Part shown: piece by piece, positions 10,175-18,000 of the stretch
Numbering within the stretch: position 1 is the first letter of the stretch
Layout: each line of letters begins with the position of its first letter
Assembly (NCBI GenBank): GCA_964291285.2
Contig: OZ219787.1
Location: forward strand, 288,001-352,000
From: Alphaproteobacteria bacterium
GTDB lineage: Bacteria > Pseudomonadota > Alphaproteobacteria > Bin95
Direction of reading: 5' to 3'
Length of the DNA: 64,000 bases
Program-made: the position numbers and the translations under genes
The notes under the pieces: generated by a model
Told to the model about the DNA's origin: nothing
Database searches by the model: none
The model's input: only the letters and a program-made list of their open reading frames with translations

Positions 10175-11371
10175 ATGCGATTCGAGAAGGTCCATATCCC
10201 TTACGGCGGCTACTGGAGCACGCCCTTCTGCCGCTGGCAGGGCAGCCTGAGCGGTGAACACCCGATACGGCTTGCCGCCTCCTGCGCCGGCACGTTCCTC
10301 GAAGGGGCCGGATGCGAACCGGAGAGTCTGGACGGCGTCCATTTCGGCATGACGGTGCCGCAGCACAAGAGCTTCTGGGGCGCGCCCTGGATCGGCGCGC
10401 TGATCGGCGCGGAGCGGGTGACGGGACCGACCCTGTCGCAGGCCTGCGCCACCTCCGCGCGCGTCATCGCCTCGGCTGCCTCCGCCGTGGAGCTCGGCGG
10501 CGGCGGGCGGATGCTGGCGCTTGCCGCGGACCGCGTCAGCAACGGGCCCACGCTCTACTATCCCGATCCCTCCGGGCCCGGGGGCCGCGGCGTCACCGAG
10601 CACTGGGTGTGGGACAATTTCAATGAGGACCCGCATGCCGATGTCGCCATGATCCAGACTGCCGAGAATATTGCGGCACGGTTCGGATATTCGCGCCGGG
10701 CGCAGGACGACCTGGCGCTCCGCCGGCAGGAGCAATACGGGATGGCGCTTGCCGACGACCGCGCGTTCCAGCGCCGCTACATGGTCGATGTCCCGGTCGG
10801 CGGGACGCGCCGGGCGAAGACCGTCTCCGGCGACGAGGGCATACGCGCGCGCACCGAAGAGCGGGTGCAGGCGCTCGCGCCGGTCATCGGGAACGGAACC
10901 GTTACCGCCGCCGCGCAGACCCATCCGGCCGACGGCAATGCCGGCCTGCTGCTGACCACGGCCGGGCAGGCCGAGGAGCTTGGCCGCGACGATGCCGTTT
11001 CGGTGCGGCTCCTCTCCTTTGGCGAGGGGCGCGCGGAGAAAGCCTATATGGGCATGGCGCCCGTGGCGGCGGCCGAAACGGCGCTTGCCGACGCCGGGCT
11101 CGGGATCGACCGGATCGCCGCGGTCAAGACGCACAACCCCTTCGCGGTGAACGACCTCTATTTCGCCGAGGCGACGGGGTTCGACGCCGGGCTGATGAAT
11201 AACTACGGCTCCTCCCTCGTCTTCGGCCATCCGCAGGGACCGACGGGGATGCGCCTCGTTCTGGAGCTGATCGAGGAACTGGCGCTCAGGGGCGGCGGAT
11301 ACGGCCTCTTCACCGGCTGCGCGGCAGGCGACAGCGCGGCGGCCCTCGTGCTGAAAGTGGACGTTCGCTGA
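10175..11371 (+). CDS. Thiolase family protein
   Basis: QACATS nucleophile, DEG, ADG, FGHPQGPTG, GCAAG. Confidence 0.85.
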   Translation: MRFEKVHIPYGGYWSTPFCRWQGSLSGEHPIRLAASCAGTFLEGAGCEPESLDGVHFGMTVPQHKSFWGAPWIGALIGAERVTGPTLSQACATSARVIASAASAVELGGGGRMLALAADRVSNGPTLYYPDPSGPGGRGVTEHWVWDNFNEDPHADVAMIQTAENIAARFGYSRRAQDDLALRRQEQYGMALADDRAFQRRYMVDVPVGGTRRAKTVSGDEGIRARTEERVQALAPVIGNGTVTAAAQTHPADGNAGLLLTTAGQAEELGRDDAVSVRLLSFGEGRAEKAYMGMAPVAAAETALADAGLGIDRIAAVKTHNPFAVNDLYFAEATGFDAGLMNNYGSSLVFGHPQGPTGMRLVLELIEELALRGGGYGLFTGCAAGDSAAALVLKVDVR

Positions 11372-11453
11372 CGGGCGCAGAGGGGCGGATTGTCGCAACT
11401 TCCGCAGGCTGTTACGGTCCCTCCCTCCGAAACAGCCTGCGGGACGGCGCGCC

Positions 11454-13175
11454 ATGTCACTTGACCTCCTTATTCGTAACGGCACGGTGGTGGACGGGTC
11501 CGGCATGCCCCGCTACCGGGCCGATGTCGGCGTCAAAGACGGGCGGATCGCCGGGATCGGCCGCATAAGCAGCCCCGCCGGCGAAGTGATCGACGCCGAG
11601 GGCATGGTCGTCGCGCCCGGCTTCATCGACGGCCACACCCACATGGACGCGCAGGTGGCCTGGGACCCGCTCGGCAGCTGCTCCTGCTGGCACGGCGTGA
11701 CCACGGCGGTGATGGGCAATTGCGGCTTCGCGCTGGCACCCTGCAAGCCCGAGGCGCGGGAGTGGTACGCCGAGTGCCTGGAGGCGGTCGAGGACATCCC
11801 CAAGGAGGCGATGACCGCCGGGATCGACTGGCGCTGGGAGACTTTCCCGGACTATATGGACGCCGTCGACTCGTTCCCCAAGGCCATCAACTACGCCGCC
11901 TATATCGGCCACTCGGCGCTGCGCATGTATGCGATGGGCGACCGCGCGCTCGACCGGGAGGCGGACGAGGACGACCTGAAGCTCATGGCGCACCTCGTTC
12001 AGGAGGCGCTCCGCGTCGGCGCGATGGGCTTCTCCTCGTCCAGGGCCAACACCCATATCCGCCCGGACGGCGGGCCGGTCGCAAGCCGCATCGCGGCCTG
12101 GTCGGAGATCGCGCATCTGGTGAACGCGATGGGCGAACTGAACGCCGGCATCTTCCAGGTCGGGCCCGACGTCTCCGGCGGCGCGGCGCAGAAGGCGTGC
12201 TACGAGGAGCTCGCCCGGATCGCCGTCTCCAGCCGCCGCCCGCTCATGCTGGGCGCGTTCTCGTCCAGCCAGGGCGACAACCCCAACCCCTACACCTACC
12301 AGTTCGAGTGGATGGACCGGGTCGCGGCCCAGGGCGGGCGCGTTTTCGGGCAGGCCACCACGCGGACGATCAACGCGCTCTTCTCGATGAAGTCCTACCT
12401 GCCCTTCGACGCGCTGCCGGTCTGGAGCGAGATCCGCAGCCTGCCGGTCGAGGAGCAGAAGGCCCGCTTCCGCGACCCGGAGGTGCGCGCCGGCCTGGTT
12501 GCCGCCGAAGCCGGGATGAAGCCCAAGGGCACCGAGTTCCAGGGCGGCGGCGCGGCCACCACGGACCCGCGCAAGCCGGACTACGCCAACCTGTTCCCGA
12601 TGTTCGACGTGAAGTGGGACGACCCCAGCGTCGCGGACCTGGCCGAGGGCTCCGGGCGCAACCCCGTCGAGGTCATGCTCGACCTGATGGCGGAGAACGA
12701 GGACCTGATGTTCGTCCAGCCGCTGGTCAACGAGAAGCCGCTGGAAGTGCGCGAGATGCTGAAGAACCCGCGCACGCTCGCGACCTTCTCCGACTCCGGC
12801 GCCCATGTCTGCCAGGAGATGGGCTCGTCGCTCCAGACGCACCTCTTGAGCTACTGGGTGCGCGAGAAGCAGGCCTTCACCCTGGAGGAGGCGGTGCGGA
12901 TGCTCACCTTCGAGAACGCCGCCGCCTGGGACATGCGCGACCGGGGCCTGCTGCGCACCGGCATGGCCGCCGACATCGTCGTCTTCGACGAGGACGGCAT
13001 AAACCCCTGCCTGCCGACGGTCGAGACCGACCTGCCCGGCGGGGCGCGCCGCCTGGTGCAGAAGGCCGACGGCATCGCGGCCACGGTGGTGGGCGGCGCG
13101 GTCACGCTCCGCAACGGCGAGCCCACGGGCGCGCACTCGGGAACGCTGATCCGGGGCGGAGCCGCCGGCGGCTGA
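11454..13175 (+). CDS. N-acyl-D-amino-acid deacylase family amidohydrolase
   Basis: PGFIDGHTHMD, GVTTAVMGNCG, SDSGAH, RGLLRTGMAADIVVFD. Confidence 0.88.
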   Translation: MSLDLLIRNGTVVDGSGMPRYRADVGVKDGRIAGIGRISSPAGEVIDAEGMVVAPGFIDGHTHMDAQVAWDPLGSCSCWHGVTTAVMGNCGFALAPCKPEAREWYAECLEAVEDIPKEAMTAGIDWRWETFPDYMDAVDSFPKAINYAAYIGHSALRMYAMGDRALDREADEDDLKLMAHLVQEALRVGAMGFSSSRANTHIRPDGGPVASRIAAWSEIAHLVNAMGELNAGIFQVGPDVSGGAAQKACYEELARIAVSSRRPLMLGAFSSSQGDNPNPYTYQFEWMDRVAAQGGRVFGQATTRTINALFSMKSYLPFDALPVWSEIRSLPVEEQKARFRDPEVRAGLVAAEAGMKPKGTEFQGGGAATTDPRKPDYANLFPMFDVKWDDPSVADLAEGSGRNPVEVMLDLMAENEDLMFVQPLVNEKPLEVREMLKNPRTLATFSDSGAHVCQEMGSSLQTHLLSYWVREKQAFTLEEAVRMLTFENAAAWDMRDRGLLRTGMAADIVVFDEDGINPCLPTVETDLPGGARRLVQKADGIAATVVGGAVTLRNGEPTGAHSGTLIRGGAAGG

Positions 13176-13256
13176 CTCCGGACCGGCCGGCGGGCCGGAA
13201 CCGGCGCGGGCCGTTGTTGCGCCCGGTCCGCGCCGCTGCGCCGGCCCCCGCTCGAC

Positions 13257-13296
13257 CCTCATCCTGAGTAGGCGCGCCAGCGCCGTATCGAAGGAC
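13257..13296 (+). repeat. REP-like palindromic element, left arm (CCTCATCCTGAG...TATCGAAGGAC)
   Basis: Its reverse complement matches 17746-17791; resembles the alphaproteobacterial TCATCCTGAG...TCGAAGGA intergenic element. Confidence 0.7.
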
Positions 13297-13601
13297 GGGA
13301 GCGGAACCGCCCGGATGGGGGAGCGCCGCATCGTCTCCCGCCCTCTCGTCCCGCGCGCTTGTGGATATCTTTCTTCCCGGGGGTTGCAATTCGGGAAAAT
13401 AAGCCCTAATTACCCGCCAATACAGGCATAGAACAGGAACGATGACCTGGTGAAACGGGCCGCATTGCGGCCACGCGACGGGATTTGGGCGGCTGAAAGC
13501 GCCGGGGGCGGCAGAGGGGGAAGCTGCGCGCGCCGGCCGGGCGGGGCGCGCAATGTTTCAATAAACCGGATAGCGAGGCCGGGCGCGGCCGGGGAGGGTG
13601 T

Positions 13602-14015
13602 ATGACGGATATGTTGACAGAGCGCAGACCGGGCAAGTCCGTCGGCGAGGAGCTCAGGCGCCGGGCCGTCGCGGCGGTGCTGGAGAAGGGGATGACCGGC
13701 CGGGCCGCGGCCCTGCTTTTCGAGGTGAGCGAACCCAGCATCTGGCGGTGGATAAAGCGCTATCGGGAGCGCGGCCACCTGCGCGACGCCCCGAAGAGCG
13801 GCCGCCCGTCGCGGACCGAGCCGGAGCGGGAGCGGATTTTCCGCCTTCTGGAGGAGCAGCCGGACCTTTCCGTCCGCGGGCTGCAGCGGGCGCTTGCCGC
13901 CGAGGGCCTGGTCTTCGATCCGGCCACGCTGCACCACTTCCTGAAACGCCACGGCCTCCAGCGCGGCCGCCGCCTCGCATGGCGCCGCAAGCCGGTGCCG
14001 AAGGCCGGCGCCTAG
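13602..14015 (+). CDS. IS630-family transposase N-terminal HTH region only (no DDE domain)
   Basis: ELRRRAVAAV...AALLFEVSEPSIWRWIKRYRERG...GRPS...QPDLSVRGLQ...LHHFLKRHGL; stops at 14015 with no catalytic ORF following. Confidence 0.75.
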   Translation: MTDMLTERRPGKSVGEELRRRAVAAVLEKGMTGRAAALLFEVSEPSIWRWIKRYRERGHLRDAPKSGRPSRTEPERERIFRLLEEQPDLSVRGLQRALAAEGLVFDPATLHHFLKRHGLQRGRRLAWRRKPVPKAGA

Positions 14016-14029
14016 CGCACGGCCGTAGA

Positions 14030-14072
14030 CGATTCCAGGCTAATTAAAAATCGGATTTTGAATTAGCCTGAA
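14030..14072. repeat. 43-bp AT-rich near-palindrome, copy 1
   Basis: cgattccaggctaattaaaaatcggattttgaattagcctgaa; 1 mismatch versus 17435-17477. Confidence 0.9.
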
Positions 14073-14175
14073 TTTCGGCGGCGGGGTCGCCGTATGGCGG
14101 CGGCCCGGACTACCCCGTCTCCGGCGGCGCGGACTACGGCGAACTCAGACGGCTTCGCACATCTGATGGCGAACG

Positions 14176-14514
14176 TCACACGCGATTCTTGTCGCCTTGA
14201 ATCTGGACCACGGTGGCATTGTCGCCGGTCACGTCCGCAGTTTGTGGTGCGTGCCTGGCGCTGGCAGCGCCGAGGAGGTCGCGGAGTTCGTCGGCGAGGT
14301 TCGGAGACGCCTCCAACTCCCGCCGCAGGAGGCGCACCAGTGCGTTCCGTGCCTCACCATCGCCAGGATCGGCGGCGAGATGTTCGGCGGTATCGGCCGT
14401 CTTCGAGCCGACACGCCGCCGCATCCATTCCATGATCGGCCCGGCTGCTGCCTTGACCGTCTCAGTTACGAACACGGCAACCGCCTGCACAGCTAAATCT
14501 TCCATATCGTTCAT
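14176..14514 (-). CDS. Small putative helical effector (Bell-like domain) with C-terminal amyloid-like motif
   Basis: 112 aa; ATG overlaps the NLR stop (ATGA) after an AGGAAGGAG RBS; LAADPGD...LRRELEASPNLADELRDLL core; tail QTADVTGDNATVVQIQGDKNRV. Confidence 0.75.
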   Translation of the reverse strand: MNDMEDLAVQAVAVFVTETVKAAAGPIMEWMRRRVGSKTADTAEHLAADPGDGEARNALVRLLRRELEASPNLADELRDLLGAASARHAPQTADVTGDNATVVQIQGDKNRV

Positions 14515-17240
14515 CCGTTCGCTTCTCCTTCCTCGCACGCAAGGCACTGAAATGCCTCTTCCACCAATGCCAGTAAAGCCGCATCGGGTTCTTGACCGAC
14601 CTCTTCGTAGCGTTTGCGGTAGTCGTGGATCATCCACTCCATTTCCTGCGCAAAACCTGCCGGCCGCCCAAGGAATGTTTGTTTCAGCAACTTCACGGCT
14701 TCCTCGACGGTAGGGAGTACACCTTCCCGCCGACCGTCCTTCAACAGAAGGCGTGACAAATTGCTGAGAGATTTGGCCAAGTCAGGCAGGAAGATGTGGG
14801 GCGACACGGTGGCCAAACCGTGCCGAACTATTACCGCCTCCCTGGCAGTGGCGAGCGCGTCCTCGTGACGCCCAGCTTTCGAAAGATAAGTGAACAAGTT
14901 GTTAAGCGATGCGGCCAAGTAAGGCAGGAAGGCATCGGGGCGGGTTTCTGCCAAGAAACGATAGACCGTCACCGCCTCTTCCACGGCAGCAAGAGCCTCC
15001 TCCAAATGCCCAACTTCCGACAGACAAACGGACTGGTTGCTGAGGGACGTGGCCAAGTAAGGCAGGAAAGAATCGGAACGAGTTGCCGCCAAGTCGCGAT
15101 AGATCATCACTGCCTCTTTCACGGTGGCAAGAGCCTCCTCCGAACGCCCGACTTTCCACAGACAAGCGGACAGATTGTTCAGCGACTCGGCCAAGTCAGG
15201 CAGGAAGGCATCAGGACGGGTGGCCACCAAGCCGCGATAGATCTTCACTGCCTCTTCGGCGGTAGCGAGCGCATCCTGCTGACGCTCGACCGCCAACAGG
15301 CGGTTTGACAAGTTGCTGAGAGACTTGGCCAAGTCTGGCAGGAAGGTATCGGATCTGGTTGCCGCCAAGCCGCGATAGATCGTCAGTGCCTCTTCGTTCC
15401 CGGAGAGTGCGTCCTCATGCCGAAGCATCTTTGACAAGCAGATCGACAGGTTGTTGAGGGACATGGCCAAGCCGGGTCGAAAGGTTTCAGGATAAGCGGC
15501 CGCCAAGTCGCGATAGACCGTCGTCGCCTCTTCAGCAGTCGCCAGCGCGTCCTCCCGCCGCCCGACCTTCGATAAACAGGCGGACAGGTTGTTGAGCGTT
15601 CCAGCTAAACTAGGCAGGAAGGCATCGGGACGGGCGACCTCCAAGTCGCGATAGATCTTCACTGCCTCTTCAGCAACGGCGAGTGCGTCCCCGCGTCTCT
15701 CAACGTCCGATAGGCGGTTTGACATGTGATTGAGCGAGACCGCCAATAGCGCCAAGTGATTCTCCTCTCGCGTCTCATGCACGAGTGGTTCAATCAGTTC
15801 GGCTACGGCGTGTGCTATCTCCACCGCGATTTCGCGTAATTCCACCGTGTGCCGCGGCATCGCAGCGCTCAACTCAATCAGTGTGGAGAGATCGGTTCGG
15901 GCATCGAAAATCCGCTTAAGCCAGTCCATCGGTTGGCGATGGCCGTGGATGGCATAGTCTTGGCAGGTGCGGATGACGGTCTCCATCGTTGCGACCGGTT
16001 CGGCCTCGTGGGCGCGAACGATGGCGGGCAGAGCGTCGGTTTTTCCTTCCCAGACCGAGAGCAACACGGCCTCGCCGATCATGTCCGGCTCGACCGGCGC
16101 CACGCCGCCGCCGTCGGGCAAGGCGGTGGCGATTACGTCGCGCAACGCCGCCGGTCCGGCGGGGAGGGCGTAGCCAAGTTTGACCGCTTCTTCCTCAAGG
16201 ACAAGGCGCGCTGCCTCCCTCGTCAGCCCTTGACGCAGTGTCGCGACGGCGACCACGTGATCGATCAACGGGCCTAGCCCTTCGGTCACGCCGTGGCCGG
16301 CCACGACCTTGCGGATACGCGACAGCTCGGTTTCGGCGATGTTCAGCGCCAGTGTGTCGGTCCCCAAGGCGAGCACATGACCGAAGTCGGTCCGCGCTGC
16401 CGTGACGGCGGCCATCATCAACAGGAGCGGCACGCCGCCCCAGGTCAACTCGGCAAGACGGCGGTCGAAATCCGCGTCCTCCGGTAGCGTCAGGTCGCTG
16501 CCAAGCCGCGCCAGGGTCCGCGTCAGAATCGCTCGCCGATGGCTTGGGTCGTCGAGGGGATGCAAGGCAACGGGCCGGAGCGGGTCGAGCATCTTCTCGA
16601 CCGTCACCGCGTCGTTGCCACGCCCGAACGCCTCAGCCCACCAGCCGTCGCCGTGTGTCGCATGGCGCTCGAGCAGGAGCAGGCGCAGCGGCCGATTACG
16701 CCCGGCATCGTCCTGGCTCCAGACCGGATGATCCGCCAATTCCTTCAACCAGGCGTTGAGGTCGCGTGCGCTGGCCGAGGCGTAGTCCACGACCGCCAGA
16801 ACCCGAGTACTCCAGTCCCAGGCCGCAAGATTCGTCTGTTCGCGAAAACGCGCCAACCCCTCGCGAGTCAGGAAGCCGGCCCGCCAGCCATCCGCCGCCA
16901 TTTCCTCGACCAGTTCCAGCGCCAACCGCGTCTTGCCGAGCCCGGCCCCGCCGGTCAGCACCCTCACGGAAACCGGCTCGCCGTTGTGCAGCCAGTCGCG
17001 CAGGTCGGACAATTCCGTTTCGCGGCCGATAAGGTCGATGGAACGGGCGAAGGGCCCGATCACCTCAATCTCGTTCGGCCTGCCGGTGTCAGGATCGTTG
17101 CCAATGCGGCGGGACAGTCCGGTGCGCCGTGTCAGTTCCAGATACGGCGTCCCGGCAATGACGGTGTTCCCGTCGCCTTGTATCTGGACGATGGTCGATC
17201 CACTGTCCGCTCTTGCCGTCTGACCCGTATTCCCGCTCAT
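14511..17240 (-). CDS. NLR-like STAND P-loop NTPase with C-terminal TPR repeats and N-terminal amyloid-like motif
   Basis: LIGRETEL, Walker A GGAGLGKT, Walker B VLAVVDYA, RLLLLER, GGVPL; eight 46-aa LAxSLNNLS...EEAV.IYR.L repeats. Confidence 0.88.
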   Translation of the reverse strand: MSGNTGQTARADSGSTIVQIQGDGNTVIAGTPYLELTRRTGLSRRIGNDPDTGRPNEIEVIGPFARSIDLIGRETELSDLRDWLHNGEPVSVRVLTGGAGLGKTRLALELVEEMAADGWRAGFLTREGLARFREQTNLAAWDWSTRVLAVVDYASASARDLNAWLKELADHPVWSQDDAGRNRPLRLLLLERHATHGDGWWAEAFGRGNDAVTVEKMLDPLRPVALHPLDDPSHRRAILTRTLARLGSDLTLPEDADFDRRLAELTWGGVPLLLMMAAVTAARTDFGHVLALGTDTLALNIAETELSRIRKVVAGHGVTEGLGPLIDHVVAVATLRQGLTREAARLVLEEEAVKLGYALPAGPAALRDVIATALPDGGGVAPVEPDMIGEAVLLSVWEGKTDALPAIVRAHEAEPVATMETVIRTCQDYAIHGHRQPMDWLKRIFDARTDLSTLIELSAAMPRHTVELREIAVEIAHAVAELIEPLVHETREENHLALLAVSLNHMSNRLSDVERRGDALAVAEEAVKIYRDLEVARPDAFLPSLAGTLNNLSACLSKVGRREDALATAEEATTVYRDLAAAYPETFRPGLAMSLNNLSICLSKMLRHEDALSGNEEALTIYRGLAATRSDTFLPDLAKSLSNLSNRLLAVERQQDALATAEEAVKIYRGLVATRPDAFLPDLAESLNNLSACLWKVGRSEEALATVKEAVMIYRDLAATRSDSFLPYLATSLSNQSVCLSEVGHLEEALAAVEEAVTVYRFLAETRPDAFLPYLAASLNNLFTYLSKAGRHEDALATAREAVIVRHGLATVSPHIFLPDLAKSLSNLSRLLLKDGRREGVLPTVEEAVKLLKQTFLGRPAGFAQEMEWMIHDYRKRYEEVGQEPDAALLALVEEAFQCLACEEGEANG
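14680..15746 (-). repeat. Intragenic tandem 138-bp (46-aa) TPR repeats, 8 units, last one partial
   Basis: Recurring LA.SLNNLS..L..VGR.EDALA..EEAV.IYR.LA..RPDAFLP in translation. Confidence 0.85.
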
Positions 17241-17434
17241 CCGCAGATTATACGGCCCCAATAACAATTGTGCGGCAATCCGATGCCCCGGCTACGCATT
17301 CTCCCACCGGCGCATTTCCTCGACCAAGGCTGCATGGTAGCGGGTTTCGAGCGAGTCCGGGTCCTGCGCCAGAAGGCGTTCGAGTTCGGCCATCCTCGCC
17401 TCCCGGTCCTGCCGGATTTCGTCACGGTCCCGGC

Positions 17435-17477
17435 CGATTCCAGGCCAATTAAAAATCGGATTTTGAATTAGCCTGAA
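17435..17477. repeat. 43-bp AT-rich near-palindrome, copy 2
   Basis: cgattccaggccaattaaaaatcggattttgaattagcctgaa; direct repeat of 14030-14072 at offset 3405. Confidence 0.9.
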
Positions 17478-17526
17478 ATTGGAAGGCGAACGGCAGCCCG
17501 CCCCAACCCCTCTCCGCCGCGCGCCG

Positions 17527-17718
17527 TCAGCGCGGTCTGCGTTGTACCCGCGCATGGCGTTCCGGCGCGCGGCCGGTCCGCTCCGTGCGGCCGGGCGCGG
17601 CAGGTTCGGCCTCCCGCCAGAAATCCGCGTCCAGTTCCGGTATGTCGTCGAAGTCGATCTCCGCATCCTCGACGGAGGTGATCTCAGCCGGCGTCAGGGG
17701 TTTCCCGTATCCGCTCAC
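17527..17718 (-). pseudogene. Degenerate BrnA-like antitoxin
   Basis: EDAEIDFDDIPELDADFWREA matches BrnA-type N-termini; the VTLR...GYQTR ribbon-helix-helix segment appears missing; no BrnT neighbour. Confidence 0.55.
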
Positions 17719-17745
17719 GATATGCCTGCCTTTCCCTGCGGGGCG

Positions 17746-17791
17746 GTCCTTCGATACACGCCCGCTGGCGCGGGCGCTACTCAGGATGAGG
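17746..17791 (-). repeat. REP-like palindromic element, right arm (GTCCTTCGATAC...CTACTCAGGATGAGG)
   Basis: Inverted counterpart of 13257-13296. Confidence 0.7.
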
Positions 17792-17808
17792 AATGGGGCG
17801 GCCCCTTT

Positions 17809-17963
17809 CGTCACCCCGGCCCCCGAGCCGGGGTCCAGCCTCGGTTCTCGCGGTAGCCCCGGATCGGGGTCCGGGGCAGGCCTCGGCGGTCGGTCCCGTT
17901 CTCCACCGGCTGCGGCGGCATCGGGAGTTCGGGATGGACCCCGGCTCGGGCGCCGGGGTGACG
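17809..17963. repeat. REPIN/MITE-like element with palindromic terminal inverted repeats
   Basis: cgtcaccccggcccccgagccggggtcca ... tggaccccggctcgggcgccggggtgacg. Confidence 0.8.
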
Positions 17964-18000
17964 GTGGGGAGGCGTGCAACGCGAAACCGGCAGCCCCGCC

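Noticed and set aside
8678-11506. N-terminal ~940 aa of the 1098-aa minus ORF, suggesting a giant DUF192 fusion
   Set aside because: Antisense to the ligase and thiolase; the real gene starts at 8677 with a signal peptide.
14030-17477. 43-bp palindromes as integron attC sites or CRISPR repeats
   Set aside because: No RYYYAAC/GTTRRRY ends, only two copies 3.4 kb apart, no intI or cas genes.
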